DNA of 59,867 nt, counting the filler. It is 5 parts of 5 records of this genome, joined end to end, with 100 filler letters (N's around TTAATTAATTAA, not from the genome) between each part and the next. Parts side by side here need not be neighbours in the genome. Positions count along the whole stretch, not along the records: positions 38,130 to 45,053 come from SRR31156797_8866; positions 45,154 to 54,114 come from SRR31156797_8868; 3 more parts are not named here. One strand, given 5' to 3'. Shown here piece by piece: positions 41,554-51,114 of the stretch. Below the pieces are notes generated by a model. The model was not told the origin of the DNA. It saw only the letters and a program-made list of their open reading frames with translations, and did not search any database. The position numbers and the translations under genes are program-made. Numbering within the stretch: position 1 is the first letter of the stretch; each line of letters opens with the position of its first letter.

Positions 41554-43938
41554 GTGAAAAAACCCCGCCTATTATTTTTCATCTTACTATCGATTTTTGC
41601 TCTTCCCCTGACTGCCGGAACTGTTTCGGGATTTATCTCAAATAAAAATGATGGCGAGCCTATCCATTACGCCAACGTCTTCCTTGAAAATACAACATTG
41701 GGATCTGTGGCAGATGCAGACGGCTACTACCTGATCCTGGATGTCCCGGACGGCACCTATACATTGGTTGCATCGGTTATTGGCTATAAACTGGAAAAGA
41801 GAGAGATCAACGTATCTGCAACCGGGCGTGTAAAAGCACACTTTGACCTTATACCCGAACAAATCGAATTGGAAGAAGTTGTCGTTTCTGCTGAACGCGA
41901 AAAGTTCAAGCAAGAGATCAAGATATCGTCCATCACCCTGAATAATGCACAGCTTCGAACTGTCCCCGTTCTTGTTGAAGCAGACCTCTTTCGTGCGCTA
42001 CAGATGTTGCCTTCCGTCAGCACAGGTTCAGATTTTTCATCTGCCTTATATGTGCGCGGTGGATCACCGGATCAAAATTTGATCTTATTGGACGGAATCA
42101 CGGTTTATAACCCTTATCACTTCGGTGGAATTTTTTCCACTTTCAATACAGATGCAATTAAAGAAGCTGAATTCATGGCCGGTGGTTTTCCCGCAGAATA
42201 CGGCGGGCGCATGTCTTCAGTGCTCGATATTAAGAACCGCGAAGGGAACTCCGAAGAATTTCACGGCAGCGGTAATGTCTCTTTGCTTTCAAGTAAATTG
42301 CTTCTTGAAGGCCCCATTCCCAGAGGATCGTTCATGATCTCGGGCCGCCGAACATATTTTGATGCGATCTGGGAAGTGGTGAAAACAGGTTATAATGCAA
42401 TAGCCCCCGAATATGACCAAATACCTTTTTCATTTCCTTATTATTTCTATGACCTCCAGGGAAAAGTAAACATTGATATTACTGATCAGCATCGTACAAC
42501 ATTAAGCGGATTTTATGGAAATGACGTACTGTGGTTCAAGCAGGAAGACCAACAAGGCACACCTGGAGAAGATGGTTACAGATTGGATTATTATGGCGTG
42601 GACTGGACTTGGGGAAACAGTACGACATCTTTAAAGCACCGCTGGTTGATCCGCCCGGACCTGATCGCGAAATTCTTTGTTGCGCGTTCAAAATTCAATT
42701 TTGATGTAGATTTCCTATTGAAGAACGAGTACTACAGAATTGATGATTCCGACTCAACTAATATCATAGTTAATTCCGATACCAGCCGCACAAATATCGA
42801 GATGCATGATTATATCACCGATTGGTCTGAAGGCATTGATATGACATGGTTGATCAATAAAAAACACACCATGAAATTCGGTGTTTTTCATAAAGATATT
42901 GATTTTGCTTTGGGTGCCTCATTTAATGAACTTGATCTGATGGACAGCACGAACCACTCGCAGGAATGGGGCTTTTATATCCAGGAAAAATTCAGGCCTT
43001 CTCCTCTGTTTATCATTGAGCCGGGTATTCGTATGACACGGTATTTCAATAAGAAAAAATGGTATCCGGATCTGCGATTTAAATCTAAATGGCTGGCGAC
43101 TGACCAACTGGCTTTTACTTTAGCCGGCGGTACGGTGCATCAGTTCTTGCAAACGGCAAACTTTGAAAATGAAATGATCCGTTTCATTGATCTATGGTTT
43201 CCGACAACCTCGGAACAGGAGCCCAGCAAAGCGACGCACTACAATGTGGGTGTTGAGTACTGGTACAATAATATTCAGTTCACACTGGAAGGTTACTATA
43301 AAAAATATGATCATTTGCTGACTATGGATGAAGATATCGGCGGTTCGGAATTGATGTCCTTCATCGAAGCTGAAGGGTATTCGTTCGGAGTTGAATTCCT
43401 TGCGAAGAAATCAACCGGAGATCTGACCGGATGGATCGGTTATTCCTACATGCACACAAGAAAACGAGAGAGCGAAGCGTCAGGATACTATCCACCAAAA
43501 TATGACCGTACTCATAATTTGAATATCGTGGCAAATTATGATATCGATAAACGCTGGTTTTTCTCTTCGTCATTGGTTTGGGCAACGGGTAATCCTTATT
43601 CGCAGATCTATGGAAATTTCCATTATACTGATCCTCTCAGCATCAGCGAATGGGGAGATATTACGGATATGGAGATCTACGGAGAACGTAATGGAGAACG
43701 CTATCCGCCTTACTTCAGATTGGATCTTGGTATTAACCGTCGCGGCAAATTATTCAAACAAAAAGCCACCTATTACTTCCATGTAATAAACATTACGAAT
43801 CATAAGAACGTTTTCTTTTATCTCTACGATGACTACGATGCTCAGTTCGATCCCGAAACGAACACCTCGGTCATCAGGCGTCAACCTATCACCATGTTTC
43901 CAATATTGCCGACCTTCGGCGTGGAGTTCTCTTTCTAA
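41554..43938 (+). CDS. TonB-dependent receptor
   Basis: LYVRGGSPDQNLILLDG, GGFPAEYGGRMSS, YDRTHNLN, terminal PILPTFGVEFSF. Confidence 0.92.
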   Translation: MKKPRLLFFILLSIFALPLTAGTVSGFISNKNDGEPIHYANVFLENTTLGSVADADGYYLILDVPDGTYTLVASVIGYKLEKREINVSATGRVKAHFDLIPEQIELEEVVVSAEREKFKQEIKISSITLNNAQLRTVPVLVEADLFRALQMLPSVSTGSDFSSALYVRGGSPDQNLILLDGITVYNPYHFGGIFSTFNTDAIKEAEFMAGGFPAEYGGRMSSVLDIKNREGNSEEFHGSGNVSLLSSKLLLEGPIPRGSFMISGRRTYFDAIWEVVKTGYNAIAPEYDQIPFSFPYYFYDLQGKVNIDITDQHRTTLSGFYGNDVLWFKQEDQQGTPGEDGYRLDYYGVDWTWGNSTTSLKHRWLIRPDLIAKFFVARSKFNFDVDFLLKNEYYRIDDSDSTNIIVNSDTSRTNIEMHDYITDWSEGIDMTWLINKKHTMKFGVFHKDIDFALGASFNELDLMDSTNHSQEWGFYIQEKFRPSPLFIIEPGIRMTRYFNKKKWYPDLRFKSKWLATDQLAFTLAGGTVHQFLQTANFENEMIRFIDLWFPTTSEQEPSKATHYNVGVEYWYNNIQFTLEGYYKKYDHLLTMDEDIGGSELMSFIEAEGYSFGVEFLAKKSTGDLTGWIGYSYMHTRKRESEASGYYPPKYDRTHNLNIVANYDIDKRWFFSSSLVWATGNPYSQIYGNFHYTDPLSISEWGDITDMEIYGERNGERYPPYFRLDLGINRRGKLFKQKATYYFHVINITNHKNVFFYLYDDYDAQFDPETNTSVIRRQPITMFPILPTFGVEFSF

Positions 43939-44867
43939 TGAAAAAATACAGTTACATCATATTTATTATTTTGCTCATGCTAGGAATGAGTGCTTGTTCT
44001 GATTGGGAAGAAGTTACCATTTATCATGAACCTTATTTAAACATCTATGCCAATGTAACCGCAGCCGGCAAAGATTTTAATTTTGTTCATGTTTACCAGA
44101 CAACAGCTTTTGGTGAACCGGATTATTATGAAATAGACAGTATTATCTATCACGAATTCTATAATGAATCTTCCGGAGATACGATCACGTACCAGACGCT
44201 TTATATGGATACATCCTATGCTGTAAACGATGCCAAAGTATATTTTTTGCATGCCGGCGATACCATAAAATTTACGGAAACGATCCAGGGCATTTATAAA
44301 CCGGTTGACACCAACTATACGATCGTTACAGGGGAGATTTATGACCTACTTGTAGAGACCAGAGAATTCGGTACGGCTACAGCAAGTGAAGAAGCTTTGT
44401 CACCCATTTCATGGGAACAAGCCGCTGATGATACGGTTTGGATCTCTTTGTCCGACCCCGTTGATACATTAAGATGGTCAGATCTTGGGGGAGCGTATTA
44501 TGTGAGGTTTCTTGTAAAATATGACTATCCCTGGGGTGGTACATCAATATATACGTTTACCGAAGAGGAAACACGTGATCCTTTCTGGACTTATGATACA
44601 AGCAATTACGATGGTCTTTTTAATGAGGACCCTTTTAAGCGATATTTAGAAAATGATTACTTACCGGATACTGCGACGACCATTGTATACATAAACGCCT
44701 TTAGCGAATCCTTCCTTGACTACATGAGTATCCGGCAAATGGAATGGACCACCGGATTTATTCGCTATCCAACGATCAATGATTTCCGCGTGAATATCAA
44801 TAATTCATTGGGTGCATTTTCTTCCATGTCCGAATCGGATATGCGGGTGGTCATGTTTATCAAGTAG
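43938..44867 (+). CDS. Lipoprotein partner of the TonB receptor (DUF4249-like)
   Basis: MSAC lipobox; TAATG coupling to the receptor; C-terminal NINNSLGAF motif. Confidence 0.6.
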   Translation: MKKYSYIIFIILLMLGMSACSDWEEVTIYHEPYLNIYANVTAAGKDFNFVHVYQTTAFGEPDYYEIDSIIYHEFYNESSGDTITYQTLYMDTSYAVNDAKVYFLHAGDTIKFTETIQGIYKPVDTNYTIVTGEIYDLLVETREFGTATASEEALSPISWEQAADDTVWISLSDPVDTLRWSDLGGAYYVRFLVKYDYPWGGTSIYTFTEEETRDPFWTYDTSNYDGLFNEDPFKRYLENDYLPDTATTIVYINAFSESFLDYMSIRQMEWTTGFIRYPTINDFRVNINNSLGAFSSMSESDMRVVMFIK

Positions 44868-44932
44868 TGACGAGTAACTGGTAACGAGTGACTAGTTGAG
44901 GTAAAAGGAAAAAGTACAAAGTCAAAGACTCA

Positions 44933-44995
44933 CCGTCCCGATGCTTCGGGATGGCGAAGGCGAGATAAAAGTAGGGGCTGGATATATCCAGCCCT
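44933..44995. repeat. Two short palindromic repeats
   Basis: CCGTCCCGA-tgct-TCGGGATGG (44933-44954) and GTAGGGGCTGGATATATCCAGCCCT (44971-44995). Confidence 0.7.
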
Positions 44996-45023
44996 TGTTT
45001 ATTTATATTGAATATTTTATTCT

Positions 45024-45053
45024 CAGGTTACAGGTTACAGGTTACAGGTTACA
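45024..45053 (+). repeat. Heptamer tandem repeat (CAGGTTA)x4, truncated by the contig end
   Basis: Four perfect copies plus CA. Confidence 0.9.
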
Positions 45054-45153
45054 NNNNNNNNNNNNNNNNNNNNNNNNNNNNNNNNNNNNNNNNNNNNTTA
45101 ATTAATTAANNNNNNNNNNNNNNNNNNNNNNNNNNNNNNNNNNNNNNNNNNNN
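45054..45153. other. Artificial contig linker
   Basis: Same linker structure. Confidence 0.98.
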
Positions 45154-45187
45154 CTAAAACTTACAAGTTTATACTTTCCCAATGTAT

Positions 45188-45223
45188 AAAAAAAGAGAGC
45201 TGGTTATTTTTAACACAGCTCTC
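45188..45223 (-). terminator. Intrinsic terminator
   Basis: Minus strand GAGAGCTG...CAGCTCTC followed by T7. Confidence 0.7.
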
Positions 45224-45272
45224 ATGATCTATTAATTTCGTCTTATTGCTTCATAGACATACTTATAGACAT

Positions 45273-45301
45273 AAAAAAAGCCGTGATTATTCATCACGGC
45301 T
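45273..45301 (-). terminator. Intrinsic terminator (attenuator candidate)
   Basis: Minus strand AGCCGTGAT-gaata-ATCACGGCT followed by a T run. Confidence 0.85.
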
Positions 45302-45337
45302 GATATATTCCAATTTTAGCAGAGTATAGACTAATTC

Positions 45338-45427
45338 TTATAATACTCCTACTGTTTGGAAGCCGCGACATTGTAACTTGATAGTATAAGATTGTGTTGT
45401 TGAGAATGTTAATTTGTTAATATTCAT
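45338..45427 (-). CDS. 29-aa putative leader peptide
   Basis: MNINKLTFSTTQSYTIKLQCRGFQTVGVL*, preceded by AAGGAGGT at 7-nt spacing. Confidence 0.7.
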   Translation of the reverse strand: MNINKLTFSTTQSYTIKLQCRGFQTVGVL

Positions 45428-45469
45428 ATTTACGACCTCCTTTTTTTAAATTTTGTTTTTCACACTAAA

Positions 45470-45499
45470 AAGATACCACACGCTTCTCCTAACTGTCAA
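45470..45499 (-). promoter_or_regulatory. Sigma-70 promoter for the leader
   Basis: TTGACA-18 nt-TATCTT with an extended -10 TG. Confidence 0.7.
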
Positions 45500-45791
45500 G
45501 GAAAAAAAATATTTTTTTTAAAATTACTAAATTATCAAACAAAAGTCTTTTGAATAAAAATTACTAGCTTTGTAAACAAAACGACATTGTTATTTTCTAA
45601 TTTACATAAAATTACATAATGTGTCATATTATCATATAGATTGTGCTTTTTTTAGAATATATCTATCTTTTGTTTGATCTATGCTTTTATTTACTTTGAA
45701 AAAATCCAAAAATAAGTTATACTTAACTAAGTAAACAAGCAATAGTTTATAATATTATGAAATAACTAAAAGCAATAAAGGAGAGAAGAGA

Positions 45792-46967
45792 ATGAAATTT
45801 AATTTAAATAATTTTTTAAATTCAATTTCTTTTGTTTTGGATTATGCTGAAAAAGATCTACTAAAGGATATAACTAATCACAGTAGAAGAGTTTCATACA
45901 TTTCGGTAAATATAGGACAAGAGATAGGCTTAAATGATAAAGAGTTATTTGATTTAGCAGCTTTGGCTATACTGCATGATTGTGGTGCAGGAGGAGCACG
46001 TTATAGTGAGAGAAGCGATAAATATGTAAAGAAACACTGTATTTTAGGTGAGGATATAGTTGAGAGTTTTCCATTTTTTTCTGATGCAAAAAATGCTGTT
46101 TTATATCATCATGAATTCTCTGATGGTTCAGGTCCGTTTGAGAAAAAACAATCGGAGATTCCTTTATTTGCGCAAATCATATCATTGGCAAATACTATAG
46201 AAGTTTTATTTGTTAATATAACAAAAGATAAAAAAGAGCTCATAGCGACTATTGAAAAAATGGCTAATGAAAAGTTTGATAAGAAATTAGTAGATGCATT
46301 TGTTAATGCTCAAGAGCGGGTCAAATTCTGGATTGATTTGCAGGATATATTTTTATTTACTTCTTTGAATCAATTAATTCCATCAATTTATATAGATGTA
46401 TCATATGAGGAACTGCATAAAATTACACAGATATTTTCAAATATAGTTGATTCAAAATCTAATTTTACTTTAGAACATTCAAAAGGACTGACTGATAAGT
46501 GCGAGAAAATGTGCGAGTTTTATGGATGTAATGGAGAAGAGAAGTATAAATTTATGATAGCGGCAGATTTGCATGACATAGGTAAAATGGCAATATCAAA
46601 TGATATAATAGATAAAAACGGGAAATTAAGTCATGATGAATTCCTGGAGATAAAGAGTCATGCTTATTTAACAAGAAAAGCCTTGGAAAAAATAGAAGGT
46701 TTTGAAGATATAGTGGAATGGGCCTCAAATCATCATGAGAAGCTTAACGGAAAGGGTTATCCCTTAGGCTTAACAGCAAATGAACTTGATTTTAAATCAA
46801 AACTAATGGGCTGTCTGGATATTTATCAAGCGTTAACCGAAGACAGACCATATAGAAAATCCATGGGACATATAGCAGCGATTAATATTATGCAAAAAAT
46901 GGTTAATGATAACTTAATAGATAGGAAAATTGTTGAGGATATAGATAAAAATTTTCAAACGAAATAA
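45792..46967 (+). CDS. Tandem HD / HD-GYP phosphodiesterase
   Basis: First domain HS.RV...LHD.G...HHE..DGSGP; second HS...LHDIGK...HHEKLNGKGYP, DIYQALTEDRPYRK. Confidence 0.9.
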   Translation: MKFNLNNFLNSISFVLDYAEKDLLKDITNHSRRVSYISVNIGQEIGLNDKELFDLAALAILHDCGAGGARYSERSDKYVKKHCILGEDIVESFPFFSDAKNAVLYHHEFSDGSGPFEKKQSEIPLFAQIISLANTIEVLFVNITKDKKELIATIEKMANEKFDKKLVDAFVNAQERVKFWIDLQDIFLFTSLNQLIPSIYIDVSYEELHKITQIFSNIVDSKSNFTLEHSKGLTDKCEKMCEFYGCNGEEKYKFMIAADLHDIGKMAISNDIIDKNGKLSHDEFLEIKSHAYLTRKALEKIEGFEDIVEWASNHHEKLNGKGYPLGLTANELDFKSKLMGCLDIYQALTEDRPYRKSMGHIAAINIMQKMVNDNLIDRKIVEDIDKNFQTK

Positions 46968-46972
46968 TACAT

Positions 46973-47007
46973 AAAAAAATGAGCTCAAATTTTATGAGCT
47001 CATTTTA
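46973..47007. terminator. Bidirectional terminator
   Basis: AAAAAAATGAGCTCA...TGAGCTCATTTT. Confidence 0.75.
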
Positions 47008-47008
47008 T

Positions 47009-47632
47009 TTATTTATTCTTTTCATAATGAATAGCATCTTTAGGACATGTTTCTACACATTCATAGCAAAGCAGACAATGCTTTTTATCAAAGTTAATTT
47101 TATTATCAATTGCTAAACCCGGACAAATTTTCACACATTTTCTGCATTTGATGCAGTTGCTATTTTTATTTATAGAAAATCTTGAAAATCGAGAAGTTAA
47201 GCTAAGCAATAATCCCCATGGACATAGATATCTATGCCAGGTTTCTGCATTAAAAAATATAGTAACTACGGCTCCTATAGCTATTACAATAATTGGAAGA
47301 GGAAAGTTTTTTCCTTGTCTCATCGCAATAATTTTGATTACTAAACCAATTAGAAAAAAAGCAAAGAAAATATATCTTGGAATTTCGGATTGGAAAAATT
47401 TTACTACGCTTTTATTAGTCATTCCCATCTTGTATTTTCTATTTTGAATAGGAGTGATTACGCTATTAATTGGACATATCCAGCCACAATAGAACCTTCC
47501 AAAAACTGAAGCTAGTGCTATTGATGCAAACACTATCAGCATCCATATCTGACTTCTTCCACTTGTAATTAGTAAAGCAAATATACCAAAAAATAATCCT
47601 TGAATCATTCTTTTCTTTTTTAACATAAACAT
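47009..47632 (-). CDS. Membrane-bound 4Fe-4S binding protein (NapH/YccM-like)
   Basis: FGRFYCGWICP, RYLCPWG, CIKCRKCVKICP, CLLCYECVETCP. Confidence 0.85.
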   Translation of the reverse strand: MFMLKKKRMIQGLFFGIFALLITSGRSQIWMLIVFASIALASVFGRFYCGWICPINSVITPIQNRKYKMGMTNKSVVKFFQSEIPRYIFFAFFLIGLVIKIIAMRQGKNFPLPIIVIAIGAVVTIFFNAETWHRYLCPWGLLLSLTSRFSRFSINKNSNCIKCRKCVKICPGLAIDNKINFDKKHCLLCYECVETCPKDAIHYEKNK

Positions 47633-47743
47633 CTTTCCTTTCTTTTCTGTAAGTATTTAATCTATTATTATGTATAGAGTAGTATTTTCCTTTAAGAAAA
47701 TAAAAAAACCCTAAATTCATTATAAATTTAAGGCTAAAAATTA

Positions 47744-47980
47744 TTATAAACTTTTTAATGCTTTTGCAAGTTGATCCGGACAAGATGTTGCTCTAGGTCC
47801 ACACTTTAAACCTTCTAGTCTAGTTACTACATCATCAACTTTCATTCCTTTAAGCAGTGCGCTTAAACCTTGAGTATTTCCACTACATCCACCTTTGAAA
47901 ACTACTTCTTCTACGACACCTTCTTCAATTTTAAATGTAATATTTTTAGCACAAACTCCTGATGTTTGAAATGTTTGCAT
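47744..47980 (-). CDS. Stand-alone TSCPD-domain protein (TIGR03905-like)
   Basis: GVC, F.GGCSGN, CG.RATSCPDQLA; GGAGG RBS; TTGACA-16-TATACT promoter at 48028-48055. Confidence 0.9.
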   Translation of the reverse strand: MQTFQTSGVCAKNITFKIEEGVVEEVVFKGGCSGNTQGLSALLKGMKVDDVVTRLEGLKCGPRATSCPDQLAKALKSL

Positions 47981-48382
47981 TACAAAACCTCCTATATGAA
48001 AAAATTATTTATTATTTATGTAAGTAAAGTATAACACAAATTTAAACTTTGTCAATAAAAATCATGTATGTAGGGAAAATATGAAAAAGTATACTTTGAG
48101 GAGTGGAGAAAATAAAAAAAGCCTAATTATTAGCAGACTCTAAACATTGCATAATATTTATTATTTTACTGTTAAATGAGGGAATAGTGCATAATCATGT
48201 GAAGGTTTTTTATAATTTTTATAAAAAAATTGCTGTTGTTTGGTTATGAAAAGTGAAAAAAGTTGATGAAAAAAGTAAAAAAACTTAATATTGTTTTTAA
48301 AATATTGTATAATTAATTTAGAATAGTTATGTATTTAATATATTAATAAAAGATTTCGATTAATAAGCATAGGTGATTAAAG

Positions 48383-49471
48383 ATGAAAATAAAAATTCTA
48401 ATAATACTATTATTTTTTCAAACGATTTTAGTTTTTGCAAAAATAAACATTACATTTATAAATCCTGGTAAATCAGATGAACGGTTTTGGGTGATGGTAT
48501 CTGAGTTTATGCGAGCTTCGTCTGACGATCTGGGGATTGAGTTGGAAATTATATACGCGGAGAGAAATTTTCTGAAACAAGTTTCAATTGCTCGTGAAGT
48601 AGCAAATAGGACAAGTAAACCTGATTATATGATAATTGTTAATGAAAAATTAATAGCATCAAGATTACTAAAAATTACTGAATCAAAGAACATAAAAACA
48701 TTTATCATTTTAAATGAATTAAATGAAAATCAAATAGTTTATGATGGAAAACCACGTGAGATTCATAAAAACTGGTTAGGAACATTAGTGCCAAATAATA
48801 TTAATGCAGGTTATATGATAGCGAATTCAATAATTAAAAAGGCAATGGAGGAAAAAGAGGATTTGAAAATGTTAGCAATTGCCGGAAATAGAGCTACACC
48901 AGCTTCTGTTGAGAGGGTAATTGGCTTAAAAACAGCTTTAAAAGAGAATGAGAATATTAAACTTTTAAATACAGTATTTGCCGAATGGTCGAAAACAGAA
49001 GCATACAACAGAACTCAGGGAATGCTATTTAGATATGATAATGAAATTGATTTAATCTGGGGAGTGAATGACTTAGCTGCCTTGGGAGCGTTAGAAGCGG
49101 TTGAAGAAGCCGGTTTGATACCAGGTAAGGATGTCTATATTAGCGGACTTAATTGGTCACCTGAAGGATTAGAGAGAGTAAAAAACGGTGAGTTAGTTGC
49201 AACTGTTGGAGGACATTTCATGGTAGGAGGTTGGGCTTTAGTAGTAATTAAAGATTTTCATGAAGGAATAGATTTTTTGGATAGTGAAGGGACCACTGAA
49301 CTAAAAACAAACTCATTCGGAATAATAGATTCGTCAAATGTTGAAGAATATTTGGCAAAATTTGGTGATTTAGATTGGGGAAAAATTGATTTTAAAAAAT
49401 TTTCAAAAGTACATAATACAAATATAACAGTTTATAATTTTGAATTAGAAAAAATTTTGGAGCAATTTTAG
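48383..49471 (+). CDS. Periplasmic sugar-binding-type solute-binding protein (type I fold)
   Basis: Signal peptide; FINPG...FW, ER..G, WGVNDLAALGA, GLNWS, VGGHF. Confidence 0.8.
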   Translation: MKIKILIILLFFQTILVFAKINITFINPGKSDERFWVMVSEFMRASSDDLGIELEIIYAERNFLKQVSIAREVANRTSKPDYMIIVNEKLIASRLLKITESKNIKTFIILNELNENQIVYDGKPREIHKNWLGTLVPNNINAGYMIANSIIKKAMEEKEDLKMLAIAGNRATPASVERVIGLKTALKENENIKLLNTVFAEWSKTEAYNRTQGMLFRYDNEIDLIWGVNDLAALGALEAVEEAGLIPGKDVYISGLNWSPEGLERVKNGELVATVGGHFMVGGWALVVIKDFHEGIDFLDSEGTTELKTNSFGIIDSSNVEEYLAKFGDLDWGKIDFKKFSKVHNTNITVYNFELEKILEQF

Positions 49472-49568
49472 TTTTAATAAAAATATATCTACAAAATTAA
49501 ATAAATTTTAATATTTACATGGTATTATAATATAAAGAATAAAATAAATCCAAAACTTGGAGGTTACC

Positions 49569-50357
49569 ATGAAAAAATTAATAATTTTATGTTTCATAAC
49601 TATTTTAATGAACACATCTTTTGCATTAAATGATAATTTATCTATTATGGAAAAAGATGCAATAAGCCAAGCAGAACTTGATAATGAGGCAATACTTATA
49701 TTTAAAGATGCTGAAACAAATGCACCAATTGATGATTTATTAATAACACTTAGAATTAAGAAGAGTTTAAAGGAAACAGTTCAAGCCGAATTTAAAACAA
49801 ATGCTAAAGGGATAGTGACATTCGATATGGCAATATTAGAAGGAATTGATAACAGTCAAATGTACGTAATAGCGGAAAAAGCAGGTTATATTAAATATCT
49901 GGATGCTGTAGATATAATGATAGGGACTATTTACAGAAACTCATTTGCTCTAACTAAAGACTTGCCTATAGATAAAATGAGATTTGTACTTAGTTGGTCA
50001 GCTAGTCCTGAGGATTTAGATCTTCATCTGGTTGGTAAAAAACTAAGAACCGGAGAGTTTCATATATCGTATAGAGATAAAAAAGATATTCCTAACTTAG
50101 CAAAACTTGATAGAGACGATCGAGATGGGTTTGGACCTGAAACGATAACTCTGGATAAAGTGGAAGAGAATGGAGAATACCAGTTATTTGTTAGAAATTA
50201 CTCAAGAGAAGCTAATATAAGACAAAGTGCAGTTGTACATATATATGCAAACGGAAAGTTAGATAAGATTATGAGACTTAAACCTACTAATAAGCAAAAT
50301 GTAGAAGTTATGACTATTAAAAATATGCAAAAAACATATACAAATACAGAATTTTAA
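49569..50357 (+). CDS. Exported YfaP/DUF2135-like protein
   Basis: GGAGG then MKKLII; RFVLSW...DLDLHL...LDRDDRDGFGPETITL...Y.LFVRNY. Confidence 0.7.
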   Translation: MKKLIILCFITILMNTSFALNDNLSIMEKDAISQAELDNEAILIFKDAETNAPIDDLLITLRIKKSLKETVQAEFKTNAKGIVTFDMAILEGIDNSQMYVIAEKAGYIKYLDAVDIMIGTIYRNSFALTKDLPIDKMRFVLSWSASPEDLDLHLVGKKLRTGEFHISYRDKKDIPNLAKLDRDDRDGFGPETITLDKVEENGEYQLFVRNYSREANIRQSAVVHIYANGKLDKIMRLKPTNKQNVEVMTIKNMQKTYTNTEF

Positions 50358-50421
50358 AAGAGCGGATTTTCCGCTCTTTTTAATTTATATAATATAAAAA
50401 ATCCCCATTTTAAGGGGATTC
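50357..50421. terminator. Two terminators between convergent genes
   Basis: AAAAGAGCGGA-TT-TTCCGCTCTTTTT and AAAAAATCCCC...GGGGATT. Confidence 0.75.
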
Positions 50422-50427
50422 AGTAAT

Positions 50428-51114
50428 TTATTTCAATATAGTTTTATAAATTAATTTTTCTAACTCCAGTATTTGATCATTTTCAAGAGAACGAGAAGAT
50501 TGTGGAATGAGAATATCTATAGTTTCTACGATTTCTCCACCCTCTTTTATAATAGATACAGTATCAGCTAAAAGAATAGCTTCACGCACATCATGAGTAA
50601 CCATAAGTACTGTTTTTTGCTCGAGTTCTAATAACTCTATTAGATTAATAAATATCTCATGTTTAGTTTTTATATCAAGAGATTTAAATGCCTCATCCAT
50701 TAATATTAAGTTGGAATCAAATGAAAAAGCTCGCGCAATATTTACTCTTTGCTTTTGCCCACCACTTAATTTGCCAATTTCGGTGTATTTAAACTCTCTA
50801 ATACCTAATACTTCCAAAATCTTATCAATCTTTCTAATATCGGGGTTCTCAGTTACATACTTTATATTATCAATTACTGATAACCATTCAAGTAACCTAT
50901 CTTCTTGAAATACATATCCAATTTTATTGGTTTCTATTTTTACATCACCGGAATACTCATTATCAAGTTTACAAATTATATTTAGTAATGTTGTTTTTCC
51001 TACTCCTGATGTTCCAAGAATGGCAGTAACTTTATTTTCTTCTACTTCAAAGTTAAAATCTTTCAGAATAACTTTATCATTATAGTTTTTATTAAGTTTA
51101 GAAATTTTTATCAT
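50428..51114 (-). CDS. NitT/TauT-family ABC transporter ATPase
   Basis: GTSGVGKTT, VFQEDRLL, LSGGQKQR, LMDEAF, VTHD. Confidence 0.9.
   Translation of the reverse strand: MIKISKLNKNYNDKVILKDFNFEVEENKVTAILGTSGVGKTTLLNIICKLDNEYSGDVKIETNKIGYVFQEDRLLEWLSVIDNIKYVTENPDIRKIDKILEVLGIREFKYTEIGKLSGGQKQRVNIARAFSFDSNLILMDEAFKSLDIKTKHEIFINLIELLELEQKTVLMVTHDVREAILLADTVSIIKEGGEIVETIDILIPQSSRSLENDQILELEKLIYKTILK

Noticed and set aside
44865-45053. Possible CRISPR array at the contig end
   Set aside because: Units are 7 nt in tandem with no spacers, and there are no cas genes.
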